From the NCBI GenBank assembly GCA_036677365.1, contig JAVBWN010000012.1, positions 148,478 through 212,477 on the forward strand: a DNA stretch of 64,000 nucleotides. Direction: 5' to 3'. Source of the stretch: Acholeplasma sp. (GTDB lineage Bacteria > Bacillota_I > Bacilli_A > Acholeplasmatales > UBA5453). Of the stretch, positions 9,106 to 19,678 are shown in pieces. The notes below the pieces were generated by a model. That model did no database searches. It was not told the origin of the DNA and saw nothing but the letters and a program-made list of their open reading frames with translations. Made by a program: the position numbers and the translations under genes. Numbering within the stretch: position 1 is the stretch's first letter; each line of letters opens with the position of its first letter.

Positions 9106-11003
9106 GTACATGTACACATGAACATGACCATCACGATTCTTGTCATGAACATGAACACCATGGGTACTTAAATCTGATTTTGTTTGGGGTAGGTTTATTG
9201 TTTTATACCATCGCCTGGTTCATTCCATTGGATTGGCTTAAAACCAGTCTATTTTTACTCACCGTTTTACTTTCAGGATACCACGTGATTTTTGAAGGTT
9301 TCATCGATACATTTAAGCGTTCAATCCATCAAAAACGCTTCATACCCAACATCCACTTACTCATGAGTTTAGGTGCTTTGGGTGCCATCCTCATTGGTGA
9401 ATACAGTGAAGCGGCACTGCTGATATTGATTTTCGCAGGGGCACATTTTTTAGAAGATTTCGCTGAATCTAAAAGCAAAAAAGAAATCACAAGCTTACTG
9501 AAGTTAAAACCCAAACAAGCGCGTAAAATCGATACGAACGGTGAAGTGATTTTGGTCGATGTGGATACACTTAAGTTGGGGGATTCCTTACAGGTTTTAC
9601 ATGGGGATTTAATTCCAGTCGATGGCAAAATCACCCAAGGGTATACAACCGTTGATCAATCCGCCATCACTGGGGAGAGTATCCCTGTGGATAAAGGTCC
9701 TGAGGATGTCGTTTATGGCAGTACACTCAATGTCACACAATCCTTCACGATGGTCGTGACTAAGAATATCGAAGAAACATTGTTTTCTGGTATTTTAAAG
9801 ATGGTCAGTCAAGCTCAAAAAGATTTATCCAAAACCGCCAAATGGATTCAAAAGATAGAACCGATATACGTCACGATTGTACTCATCTTCGCCCCGATAT
9901 TTTATGTACTTGGGTTATATCTATTAGGGTATACAAATGAAGTCGCTTTTTATAAGACCATGGTGTTTTTGATTGGGGCTTCCCCTTGTGCCTTAGCAGC
10001 AACAGATATCCCTGCCACTTTATCCGCTTTGTCACACTTAGCGAAACGTGGGGTTTTATTTAAGGGTGGGTCTTACTTATCAAACTTCAATGATATTAAA
10101 GCCATCGCTTTTGATAAAACAGGTACGTTAACCCTGGGTAAACCTGAAGTGACCGATGTCATTTGGTTATTTAACGAAGATAAAAAAGAAATCTTGGTAT
10201 CGATGGAAAAGACATCAAATCACCCATTGGCTTTAGCCATTCAAAACCATTTTAAAGGAATTTCAACCATCACACTGGATGTATTACATAAGATCGGTTC
10301 AGGGGTAGAAACCACCATCGATGGTATGACTTATTTTGTAGGCAACAAAACCCACTTCATCGATCCCTCTATGGTGGCCGATGAGATTCAAACCCGACTC
10401 GAATTTGAAGGTAAAACCGTTGTTTTCTTTGGACAGCAAGATCAAATATACTGTGTGATTGGTTTGAAAGACCAACCCAAACCATCCGCAAACCCGACGA
10501 TTGCATATTTTAGGAAAGCAAACATCAAAACAATCCTCTTGTCTGGGGATACCACAAATACAGCAGTAGCCATTGGACAATCCTTGGGAATGGATGTTAT
10601 GATTGGTGAGGTGCTCCCGGAAGATAAGGCGAATGAAATCATCTCCCTGAAAAAAACCTATGGTAGCGTCGCGATGGTGGGGGATGGGGTCAACGACGCC
10701 ATCGCTTTGGTCAAAGCTGATATTGGTTTTTCTATGAAACAAGGCACCGATGTCGCGATGGCAGTGAGTGACGCGGTATTGATGGATGATGACTTATCCA
10801 AATTGGTTTTGACACACAAGATTAGTCGAAAATTGAGACGTATTGTCATTCAAAACATGATGTTCGCTTTACTCGTGGTTCTGTTTTTAATCACAACCAA
10901 TCTGGTTTTTTCGATCCAATTATCCCTAACCGTATTCATCCATGAAGGCAGTACATTGTTGGTCATCCTCAATGGGCTCAGAATGCTCAAAAATTTGAAA
11001 TGA
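9102..11003 (+). CDS. Heavy-metal-translocating P-type ATPase, P1B-4-like (Zn/Co/Cd)
   Basis: His-rich N terminus, TGES, SPC in TM, DKTGT, HP, GDGVNDA, HEGST. Confidence 0.95.
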   Translation: MSTCTHEHDHHDSCHEHEHHGYLNLILFGVGLLFYTIAWFIPLDWLKTSLFLLTVLLSGYHVIFEGFIDTFKRSIHQKRFIPNIHLLMSLGALGAILIGEYSEAALLILIFAGAHFLEDFAESKSKKEITSLLKLKPKQARKIDTNGEVILVDVDTLKLGDSLQVLHGDLIPVDGKITQGYTTVDQSAITGESIPVDKGPEDVVYGSTLNVTQSFTMVVTKNIEETLFSGILKMVSQAQKDLSKTAKWIQKIEPIYVTIVLIFAPIFYVLGLYLLGYTNEVAFYKTMVFLIGASPCALAATDIPATLSALSHLAKRGVLFKGGSYLSNFNDIKAIAFDKTGTLTLGKPEVTDVIWLFNEDKKEILVSMEKTSNHPLALAIQNHFKGISTITLDVLHKIGSGVETTIDGMTYFVGNKTHFIDPSMVADEIQTRLEFEGKTVVFFGQQDQIYCVIGLKDQPKPSANPTIAYFRKANIKTILLSGDTTNTAVAIGQSLGMDVMIGEVLPEDKANEIISLKKTYGSVAMVGDGVNDAIALVKADIGFSMKQGTDVAMAVSDAVLMDDDLSKLVLTHKISRKLRRIVIQNMMFALLVVLFLITTNLVFSIQLSLTVFIHEGSTLLVILNGLRMLKNLK

Positions 11004-11011
11004 AATTGAAT

Positions 11012-11050
11012 ACGAGTTCATCTCTAAAAAAGGTGAACTCGTTTTCTTTT
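11012..11050 (+). terminator. Rho-independent terminator
   Basis: ACGAGTTCA...TGAACTCGT stem followed by a T tract. Confidence 0.8.
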
Positions 11051-11149
11051 TACACTATGTGTAGTCAAAAATTGAAACAATTCAAAAATTACCGTGAAGT
11101 TTCAATTTTTTCAATAATCATTTAAATAGAAATCGCTTACATAATTATT

Positions 11150-11178
11150 TTGACAAACCCCTTTTTATCGACTATACT
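11150..11178 (+). promoter_or_regulatory. sigma70 promoter of the large-lipoprotein operon
   Basis: TTGACA, 17 nt, TATACT. Confidence 0.75.
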
Positions 11179-11221
11179 TTAAATTAGATAGTACTTTTCA
11201 CGCTATCACTTTAATTTTTAA

Positions 11222-11241
11222 TAATCGAAACGTTTCGATTA
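11222..11241. promoter_or_regulatory. LacI-family operator
   Basis: Perfect 20-bp palindrome TAATCGAAACGTTTCGATTA with the AAACGTTT/central CG core typical of LacI sites; LacI gene at 17661. Confidence 0.8.
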
Positions 11242-11271
11242 CTTGAAATCAATCATGAGGGAGGAAAAGAA

Positions 11272-14200
11272 ATGAAAAAATTGATGTACATTTTGGTTGG
11301 CTTACTTCTAGTAACAAGCTTGGCAGCTTGTGTTCCGGCCGAAGAAACTGTGAAGTACACAGTCACCTTTATGTCTGAGGGTGGGTCTGTCGTATCACCA
11401 GTCGAAGTCAACGAAAATGGTTTAGTTACCAAACCTGCCGACCCAACCAAATCGGGTTATACCTTTGGTGGTTGGTACAAAGAAGAAGCACTTACAAACC
11501 CATGGGTTTTCGCAACCGATAAAGTTACAGGTCACGTATCTCTATACGCTAAATGGACCCCAGTTCAAGGACCTTATACCGTAACATTCATCACCAATGG
11601 GGGATCCATCATCCCACCAGCAACCGTGAATGCCGGTAGTGCGGTTTCAAAACCAACCGACCCAACCAAACCACATTTTACATTTGATGGTTGGTATACC
11701 GACGTCGCATTTAACAACGCTTATGTATTTACAAGCGCCGTCAACGCGAACATCACATTGTATGCGAAATGGAATCCAATCGTATTCGTGGTTACATTTG
11801 AATCAAATGGTGGATCAGCGGTTGTTGCAGCCAATGTGAACTCAGGGACTGCTTTAACTGAACCTACAGCACCTACCAAATCGGGTTATACCTTTGGTGG
11901 TTGGTATGTTGAAGCGGGATTAGTTACCCCATATGTGTTTACAGATGTGGTTAACAACAGCTTTACACTCTATGCTAAATGGATTGAAAGCACCCCGATG
12001 GTATCCTTCAATACCGATGGTGGTTCAGCCGTCACTTCAGTTACAGTTAATAATAATGTCGTGATTGCACGCCCAGCCGACCCAGTCAAATCAGGATTCT
12101 TATTTGCAGGTTGGTACCGTGACCAAGCATACACCGATTTATGGAACTTTGAAGTAGATGCCCCAACAGAAAGCATCACTTTATATGCGAAATGGAAAGC
12201 AGAAACCAACTTCAATCAAACTTTTAAAGTGTTGTCGATTGGTAACAGTTTTTCAGAAGATGCGCACCGTTTCTTATGGAGCATTGCACAATCTTACGGC
12301 ATTCCAGCAGAAAACATCGTGGTTGCGAACATGTATATTGGCGGGTCAGAACTCGCACAACATGTGACCAACATTCAAAATGACGCGGCTGCGTATACGT
12401 ATCAATTATTTGAAGACGCTACTGTGGAATCGATCAATGGCGTTAAACTATCTGCAGCGATTCGTGCAGAACGTTGGGACGTTGTTACTTTCCAACAAGC
12501 GAGCCATTACAGTGGATTGCCTGCAAACTATGCAAACCACATCGAAACCTTAACCCGTTTCGTTGAACAAAACGCAACCAATCCAAACGTTCAAATCATG
12601 TGGCACATGACTTGGGCATACCAACAAACCAGCACACACAGTGGTTTCAATAACTATAACAAAGATCAAATGACGATGTACAACGCGATTTTGAATGCGG
12701 TTGCTCAAAAAGTCGATCCGATTTCTCAAGTGATGAACGTCATCCCTGTAGGTACCGCGATTCAAAATGCGCGTACATCCTACATTGGTGATTTATTCAC
12801 CAGAGATGGCTACCATCTATCTGACCCACTTGGCCGTTACATCGCAGGCTTATCGTTCTTCAAGACCATCACTGGTTTTAACTTAAGTGCGTCAATTTTC
12901 CGTCCTACGGGCATCACTGAACATTTACAAGCCTTGGCGATTGAAGCCGTAAACAGCGCGCATCAAAATCCATATCAAGTGACCAATTCTACATTTACAA
13001 CCGAACCAGAACCAGAAGTCATCGAAGTCAATGGTGTATTATACCCATTCACTTATGTCCAAGGCTTCTGGGCCGATAACGCAACTGCGGTATCACCAAC
13101 CACAGATGCGTTACATAATAGCTTCGCAGCGGTCATGCCGATTCCGAAGTATATGTTACCTGTCGGTTCCGAAATTGTCTTACAACCTGGGTATCAATAC
13201 CGTGTGATTTATCTAGAAAAGACGGGCGAAAATGCGTATCGTGTCTTATCCAGATCGGTATTATACACAGCCCCTTATATTGAAATTGATGCTGCATTCT
13301 GGGGCTCTTATACCCATGTCGCATTCAACATTACCACCAACCCAACTTCTAACATATCCGCTCGTCTAGATGAAGTGGCTGGCAAACTCAAACTTTACCA
13401 TCCAGAAGGCACCGGTTTAGGTCATGTCGATTCTGACCTCACGTGGTCCTCTGGTATTTGGCAACAAGATGGTCATCTTTTGGCAGAATCGGTTTACCAC
13501 CGTTCTTCTAACCCGCTCACTGCCGCTTATTACAACAACGATACTGTGGTTGAAGTAGAAGCTGGTTATAAGTTTGCTTATGTTGTCTTAAATTTCTTTG
13601 AAGGACAATACAATGTATTATCAGTCAGTGATTATCAAACTTCACCGTTATACATCGATGAAGCTTTCGCAACCGGTAAGGAACTCATCGCGTTCATCGT
13701 GACAACCACCAATGCAGATGTCGATATGACAGCACTCGATATGGCAACTGTGGTCGATTTACATCCAGCAGTGATTCCACACGTCGATAGAGAATTCAGT
13801 TTCATCTCTGGTTATTGGGAATTGAACAAAAACGCGATTACAACCACCAATGCGAACATGACGTTCTTGAATGGATTCGCAGCCTCTCAACCACAATCCA
13901 AAGCGTATTATTCAAGCATCAACTCGATTACCATCGCAGCAGGATATCAAGTAAGAGTCATTTATTTAGGTTATGACAACTACGGAAAATACACCGTATT
14001 ACTGCGTACCAACAATTTAACTGGTACAATAGTATTAGATGAGACATTCTGGGGTGCTTATGAATACATCGCATTCAACATTTCTTCAGTACCGTCTTCT
14101 GACCTTTCAGGTGTATTAAATACACTACCCAACAAATTCAGTTATGATATGGACCCAATCGTCTTTACTTCTGGTTACTGGAATACCAATGGTACAGCCT

Positions 14201-14892
14201 TAACTGCAGGTGTGAATTTTGGTGGATCCAACATCATTCCAAGACAATTTATCCAAGCAGGTACGACCGTTCAAATCGAAGCGGGTTACCAAGTTCGTGT
14301 GATTTTCTTTAATTACATTGAAGGTACTGGATTCAAAGTCGCTAGCCGTACGGAAAACTTTGTCGGTTCAGCCCCACTTACCAATGGATTCTATCAAGAT
14401 TTCCAATACATTGGTTTCAATATTTCAACAGCCCCTACAGCAACCAACATCTCCGCGGTATTGGATACCCTGCCTGCTAAATTATCTTTCGTAGCATTTG
14501 TTGGTCCTGCAGTGGCACACGTAGATCAACCATTATCATTTGTTAGTGGTTATTGGAACAACTTCGCCATCGCGGTTACCCCAGGTACCGATGCCTTCTC
14601 TAAGGGCTTCGCTGCTTCAAATGTATTATCTAAAGAATCGATGGCTGACGTGACTGAAATCCAAATCGCAGCCGGTTATCAAGTGAGAGTCATCTACATG
14701 GATTACTCATTCAATACCTATTCTGTCATGCTTAGAACCAACAACTTGACAGGTACCATCGTGACTGACGCCGCTTTCTGGGGCAATTACCAATATGTCG
14801 CGTTCAATATTTCATCTGTACCATCCTCTGATCTATCTGGATCATTGGAAACTTTACCAGCACTCATCACCATCGTGAGAATGCCGTCTTAA
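11272..14892 (+). CDS. Large lipoprotein: 4 InlB B-repeats + SGNH/GDSL-like (DUF4886-type) domain + 5 copies of an unrecognised ~120-aa domain
   Basis: Lipobox LAAC; four 'TVTF...GGS...F.GWY...LYAKW' units; IGNSFS, QQAS, TWAY, RDGYH; five 'G.W...GYQ.RVI...AFNI' repeats. Confidence 0.8.
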   Translation: MKKLMYILVGLLLVTSLAACVPAEETVKYTVTFMSEGGSVVSPVEVNENGLVTKPADPTKSGYTFGGWYKEEALTNPWVFATDKVTGHVSLYAKWTPVQGPYTVTFITNGGSIIPPATVNAGSAVSKPTDPTKPHFTFDGWYTDVAFNNAYVFTSAVNANITLYAKWNPIVFVVTFESNGGSAVVAANVNSGTALTEPTAPTKSGYTFGGWYVEAGLVTPYVFTDVVNNSFTLYAKWIESTPMVSFNTDGGSAVTSVTVNNNVVIARPADPVKSGFLFAGWYRDQAYTDLWNFEVDAPTESITLYAKWKAETNFNQTFKVLSIGNSFSEDAHRFLWSIAQSYGIPAENIVVANMYIGGSELAQHVTNIQNDAAAYTYQLFEDATVESINGVKLSAAIRAERWDVVTFQQASHYSGLPANYANHIETLTRFVEQNATNPNVQIMWHMTWAYQQTSTHSGFNNYNKDQMTMYNAILNAVAQKVDPISQVMNVIPVGTAIQNARTSYIGDLFTRDGYHLSDPLGRYIAGLSFFKTITGFNLSASIFRPTGITEHLQALAIEAVNSAHQNPYQVTNSTFTTEPEPEVIEVNGVLYPFTYVQGFWADNATAVSPTTDALHNSFAAVMPIPKYMLPVGSEIVLQPGYQYRVIYLEKTGENAYRVLSRSVLYTAPYIEIDAAFWGSYTHVAFNITTNPTSNISARLDEVAGKLKLYHPEGTGLGHVDSDLTWSSGIWQQDGHLLAESVYHRSSNPLTAAYYNNDTVVEVEAGYKFAYVVLNFFEGQYNVLSVSDYQTSPLYIDEAFATGKELIAFIVTTTNADVDMTALDMATVVDLHPAVIPHVDREFSFISGYWELNKNAITTTNANMTFLNGFAASQPQSKAYYSSINSITIAAGYQVRVIYLGYDNYGKYTVLLRTNNLTGTIVLDETFWGAYEYIAFNISSVPSSDLSGVLNTLPNKFSYDMDPIVFTSGYWNTNGTALTAGVNFGGSNIIPRQFIQAGTTVQIEAGYQVRVIFFNYIEGTGFKVASRTENFVGSAPLTNGFYQDFQYIGFNISTAPTATNISAVLDTLPAKLSFVAFVGPAVAHVDQPLSFVSGYWNNFAIAVTPGTDAFSKGFAASNVLSKESMADVTEIQIAAGYQVRVIYMDYSFNTYSVMLRTNNLTGTIVTDAAFWGNYQYVAFNISSVPSSDLSGSLETLPALITIVRMPS

Positions 14893-14960
14893 TTTAAGTT
14901 TTGGTTATAACACGAGGGATTTAGCACCCCTAAATCCCTCCCTATAAATAGGAGGAAAAC

Positions 14961-17552
14961 ATGAGAAAGGCAACAAAACTATTTTTAATGTTTTTAGTGG
15001 CTGGTTTGGTGTTTGGCATCGCTGGATGTCAACCTAAGACGCCCGAAGAAGAAGAAATCGTTGACTTCAGCGCACTTGGCGGCTGGACCGACGGTGGTGA
15101 TGGCGTTTATACCATAAACACCAACACTGCAGCAGAATTGAATGTATCTTACAACAAAGGCACATTCCCGAACGCTTTCATGCAAAGCGCAGTCATTACC
15201 AAAGACTTATCTGTCTATAAAAAACTAGTCATTACAGTCGAAGGTATGGGTTCTATGTTGTTAAGATTAGAAACCAAAGATGATACCCCAGTAAAAGAAG
15301 TTGGCTTAAATGTCACTGCAATCAAGGGGACTTATGAATGGAACTTAATCCAATCTTCAGAATTCTTGAAGAAAGTAGACCGTATTGTCATCATTGGTTC
15401 ACCTGAAAGAGAAGCTTCTACAGGTGTATTAAAGATCACAGCACTCACATTCTCAGATGAAATCGCCGATGGATTCATCATCAATGATGGATTCAATAAC
15501 ATTCAATCCAATGTGAATGAATACAATGGTACCGATGAAGTGTTCCACTTCAACCAAAAGTATGAATCCAACGATGAAGGTATTTATGTCATTACTTACT
15601 CAGGCACCGATGCACAAGTGGCATACAGTAAACCTTCTGGTTATGAATGGGCATTCATGAAGACACGTGTTCAAGGTAACTTTACAAACTTCAATTACGC
15701 TGTATTCGTTGTCCAAGGTACCGCGGGTCATAAATTACTCATCAAACCAAACGAATACAACGCTGTTGAATCGTTCATTTGGTTGGATGGTACTGAACAA
15801 GAACTCGTCATCGATTTAACTAAACTATCCTTGACTGAAAAGAACGCAATCACTGACTTTAAGATTTTCATCGCAGCTGGTTCAGCTGGTACATCATCAC
15901 AACCAATTCAAGGTCAAGTTGTATTCAAAGACGCATTCATGATCGATGAGTATGAATTTGAAGAACCTGTATTCATCGTCAACGAATACAATGGTACCGA
16001 TGCAACCTTCGCATTAGGCAACTGGTATGATGGTGGCGATTTGGTTTATACCATCACACCAAATGCTGGCGCATTCGAAGTCGATTATGTCAAGAAGGGC
16101 GAATGGAACTTCATGTACGCTTTAGTCGATGGCGACTTCAGCGGATTCGCGAAACTTGAATTTGAACTTACAGGTCAAGTCAACAAGACCATTTTATTAA
16201 AAGTAGAATCACCTGTTGGGAACAAAGAACAACAATTCACATTTGATGGTACTAAACAAGTATTCACCATCGATTTAACCGCGATGACTCAAGCACAACT
16301 CGAACAATTGAACAAAATTGTCATGTTCGCTGTCCCTGGTGGCTTAGGTTCAGGTGAATTCACCATCCATAGCGTCACATTTAAGAATTCAGATTACGTT
16401 GTTTCAACCCCTTGGACCAGCCTAGATGCCGGTGTATACACCTTCACAGGCACCAGCCCAGTGGTTGTCAACTATACTAAAGTGGCTGGTCAAGACTGGT
16501 CAGCAATGATCAATAACTTCAACGCAGCTGAAGTCGCTGGTTTAAATAAGATGACTTTAGTCTTAAAAGGTACTGCAGGTAAATCTGTATTGGTTAAGCC
16601 AAATGATATGGGTGCACTTGAACAAGTGGTAAACTTTACCGATAGTAACCCTGTAACCATCGTAGTCGAAGCAGCAAGCTTCTCGAAACTTGTTTTATTT
16701 GGTGAAGGTGGTACTGCCCCTGCGACCGGTTCATTTGAAATCGTATCACTCACATTATCGTATGTACCAGTTGAAGTCGATTTAACGGCTAAATATCAAT
16801 TCAACGACAAATGGGTACCAAACCTAGCGACCGTATACACCTATGATTTCCAAGCGAATAAGACTGTGGTTAACTATACGAAGACTGCAGGTCAAGATTG
16901 GGAATGGTTCAGAGTCGTATTTGATGCGAAAGACGTTGCGGGTCTAAACACCTTAACCATTACCTTAAAAGGTACTGCAGGCAATCAAGTCTTGATCAAA
17001 CCAAATGACCAAGGCTCACTTGAAAAATTTGTGACATTTACCGACGATCAACCGATCACAGTGACCATTTCTGCTGACCAATTCATGTCTGTATTTATGT
17101 TTGGTGCACCAGGTACAGCCCCTGCAACCGGTTCATTTGAAATCTTAGAAGCGTATCTATCTTATTCTAAAGATTTGATCAACACATGGGTTCAAAATGA
17201 CCCAGGTACTTACGATGTGGTTGTTTTAGGTACATTGACTAAGGTCAACTATACCAAAGCTGCAGGTCAAGAATGGGTATTCTTGAAGTCAACTGTGGCT
17301 GCTAAAGACATCGAAGGCTTGAACACCGTATCCGTTACCCTTAAAGGTACCGCAGGTAAACAAGTATTGGTTAAAGTCAATAACGCAGTTGAACAATGGG
17401 TAACCTTTGTCGATGATCAACCAATCACTGTTGTAATCACCATTCCTGAAGGCATCACAGGTGTGATTCTATTCGCAGAAGGTGGCACAGCGCCAATCAC
17501 GGGTTCATTTGACATCGTTTCTGCAAAAGTATATTTCAAAGCTTTAACATAA
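14961..17552 (+). CDS. Lipoprotein made of six beta-rich repeats (putative carbohydrate-binding)
   Basis: Lipobox IAGC; six 'W....GVY...Y.K...W...(L)KGTAG..VL.K...GSFEI' units; no catalytic motif recognised. Confidence 0.65.
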   Translation: MRKATKLFLMFLVAGLVFGIAGCQPKTPEEEEIVDFSALGGWTDGGDGVYTINTNTAAELNVSYNKGTFPNAFMQSAVITKDLSVYKKLVITVEGMGSMLLRLETKDDTPVKEVGLNVTAIKGTYEWNLIQSSEFLKKVDRIVIIGSPEREASTGVLKITALTFSDEIADGFIINDGFNNIQSNVNEYNGTDEVFHFNQKYESNDEGIYVITYSGTDAQVAYSKPSGYEWAFMKTRVQGNFTNFNYAVFVVQGTAGHKLLIKPNEYNAVESFIWLDGTEQELVIDLTKLSLTEKNAITDFKIFIAAGSAGTSSQPIQGQVVFKDAFMIDEYEFEEPVFIVNEYNGTDATFALGNWYDGGDLVYTITPNAGAFEVDYVKKGEWNFMYALVDGDFSGFAKLEFELTGQVNKTILLKVESPVGNKEQQFTFDGTKQVFTIDLTAMTQAQLEQLNKIVMFAVPGGLGSGEFTIHSVTFKNSDYVVSTPWTSLDAGVYTFTGTSPVVVNYTKVAGQDWSAMINNFNAAEVAGLNKMTLVLKGTAGKSVLVKPNDMGALEQVVNFTDSNPVTIVVEAASFSKLVLFGEGGTAPATGSFEIVSLTLSYVPVEVDLTAKYQFNDKWVPNLATVYTYDFQANKTVVNYTKTAGQDWEWFRVVFDAKDVAGLNTLTITLKGTAGNQVLIKPNDQGSLEKFVTFTDDQPITVTISADQFMSVFMFGAPGTAPATGSFEILEAYLSYSKDLINTWVQNDPGTYDVVVLGTLTKVNYTKAAGQEWVFLKSTVAAKDIEGLNTVSVTLKGTAGKQVLVKVNNAVEQWVTFVDDQPITVVITIPEGITGVILFAEGGTAPITGSFDIVSAKVYFKALT

Positions 17553-17598
17553 AAAACCATTGGCAATACTCACGACACAGTATGCCCTCCCAATGTGG

Positions 17599-17640
17599 GA
17601 AAATGCTTTTAGGGGTTACCACCTTTAAAAGCATTTTTTC
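17599..17640 (+). terminator. Rho-independent terminator ahead of the lacI-family gene
   Basis: AAAATGCTTTTAGGGG...CCTTTAAAAGCATTTT stem plus T tract. Confidence 0.65.
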
Positions 17641-17660
17641 CATGCGGGAAAGGAGGTCAC

Positions 17661-18617
17661 ATGCCTACAATCAAAGATGTTGCGAGAAAAGCGGGGGTGT
17701 CGATCTCTACCGCTTCCTACGCTTTAAACAACCAATCGAATGTCCACCCAGATACGAAAAAGAAAATACTCGCGATTGCGAAAGAACTCAATTATTACCC
17801 CAATGGCAGTGCGAGAAATTTAAAAACCAAACGCACCGGTAATGTGGGTGTCTTTGTGTATGGGTTTGCAGGGCCAATCTTCTCAGATGTCCTAGAAGGC
17901 ATTCGACAAACCCTACAAGCCAACAATTTAAACATCATTGTCAGTTCCGGTAAAGCGTCTTCGAACTTGCTCAAAGAACGACAAGTCGATGGGGCGATTG
18001 TGTTTGATGGGCAGTTGTCTGACGATGTCTTATTACACTATGCTTCTCAAGGCCACCCACTGTTTGTTTTGGATCGAAACTTGGTTGGACCGAACATTTA
18101 CTCATCGGTTATTGACAATGAGGGTTTGGTGTATACATTCATCCAAGCGATGATTCAAAAAGGCTATGATGATTTCGCGTTTTTATCTGGACCGACCATC
18201 GCTTTTAACAACAACCATAGATACGATGGTTTTAAACAAGCGTTACATGAAAAAGGGTTATCACATACCTACCTTCAAGGGGACTTTACGATTCAAAGTG
18301 GCTATCAAGCTGGGTTACTATTATTAAAACAAGAAAAACGTCCAAGATTTGTATTTTGTGCAAACGATGAATCGGCGATTGGGCTCATTGAAGCTTTGAA
18401 ACAAGGCGGGGTTAGGATCCCTGAAGACATCGCAGTCGCGGGGTTTGATAACATCGTTTTGGATGAATTCATTACCCCAAAACTCACCACCATTGGCATC
18501 GACCATATGGAGTGGGGTAAACGGGTAGCGACCGCTTTGATGGATATCATCAATGACCGAATCCCTGAGGACATCCAAGTCCCGATTGGCAAAATCATTT
18601 ACCGTGAATCTTGTTAA
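17661..18617 (+). CDS. LacI-family transcriptional regulator
   Basis: TIKDVARKAGVSISTASYALN HTH; LNYYPN..ARNL hinge; ND..A.G, GFDN. Confidence 0.96.
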   Translation: MPTIKDVARKAGVSISTASYALNNQSNVHPDTKKKILAIAKELNYYPNGSARNLKTKRTGNVGVFVYGFAGPIFSDVLEGIRQTLQANNLNIIVSSGKASSNLLKERQVDGAIVFDGQLSDDVLLHYASQGHPLFVLDRNLVGPNIYSSVIDNEGLVYTFIQAMIQKGYDDFAFLSGPTIAFNNNHRYDGFKQALHEKGLSHTYLQGDFTIQSGYQAGLLLLKQEKRPRFVFCANDESAIGLIEALKQGGVRIPEDIAVAGFDNIVLDEFITPKLTTIGIDHMEWGKRVATALMDIINDRIPEDIQVPIGKIIYRESC

Positions 18618-18772
18618 TGACAAATGAATTGCTTCTAAAAAGGCACAGATGGCTGTGCCTTTATTTTTCTATGTAAAACACATGTAAGATTTCCTTATTA
18701 TTTCAAAATCACCATATACAACAGTATATGCTTATGCTATACTGAGGTAAAATGACGATTTTGGAGGTATAT

Positions 18773-19678
18773 ATGGACGCTATTTTAGAGATCAAGCATT
18801 TGAAAAAGTATTACGGCGAAATCAAAGCGGTCGACGACATTTCCTTTAATGTTAGACGTGGCTCACTATTCGCTTTTTTAGGACCGAACGGGGCAGGTAA
18901 ATCCACCACCATCAAAGTGATTTCCACCTTACTCGATTTGGATTCGGGGGCAGTATTATTGAACGGTCAATCCGAAGACAATTACTTCAGAAACAAAATT
19001 GGGGTAGTCTTCCAAGAAAACATCTTAGATGATTTACTCACCGTGAAAGAAAACTTACTGTACCGCGGGTCTTTATACATCAACGATAAAGCCGGTGTCC
19101 TCAAACGCTATGAAGAATTGAGAAGTTACTTACACTTAGACGAATTTGAAAACCAACGTTTCAAAACGCTCTCAGGGGGTCAAAAACGAAGAACAGAGAT
19201 TGCGAGAGCTTTATTCTCAAACCCTGAAATCTTATTGTTAGATGAACCGACCACAGGCTTAGACCCAGAAACCAGACAAGTTGTTTGGAAAGTCATCGAT
19301 GATTTAAGAACCTCTTCAGGGATGACGATTTTCTTAACCACCCACTACATGGAAGAAGCGGCCGTCGCCGATCACGTAGTCATCATCAATAAAGGGAAGA
19401 TTTGTGCTGAAGGCACCCCGGCCGCACTCAAAGACCAATACTCGTATGACCGTTTAAAACTGGTCCCATTCAACAAAAAGGCCTTGGTCGATTACTTAGA
19501 ATCAATCCAAAGACCACACAAGAAAGTATCCGATGAATACATCATTCAAGTAGAGGATGCGAAAGACGCGATTACATTGTTAGAAGCACTCAAAGACAAC
19601 ATCAAACAATTTGAAGTCATCAAAGGTTCCATGGATGATGTCTTCATTCAAGTGATTGGAAGTGAACACCATGTTTAA
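18773..19678 (+). CDS. ABC exporter ATP-binding protein
   Basis: GPNGAGKST, LSGGQ, LLLDEPT, TTHY. Confidence 0.95.
   Translation: MDAILEIKHLKKYYGEIKAVDDISFNVRRGSLFAFLGPNGAGKSTTIKVISTLLDLDSGAVLLNGQSEDNYFRNKIGVVFQENILDDLLTVKENLLYRGSLYINDKAGVLKRYEELRSYLHLDEFENQRFKTLSGGQKRRTEIARALFSNPEILLLDEPTTGLDPETRQVVWKVIDDLRTSSGMTIFLTTHYMEEAAVADHVVIINKGKICAEGTPAALKDQYSYDRLKLVPFNKKALVDYLESIQRPHKKVSDEYIIQVEDAKDAITLLEALKDNIKQFEVIKGSMDDVFIQVIGSEHHV

Noticed and set aside
11067..11110. 12-bp inverted repeat AAAAATTGAAAC...GTTTCAATTTTT as a MITE or IS end
   Set aside because: Only a 20-nt spacer, AT-rich, single occurrence, no target duplication or transposase
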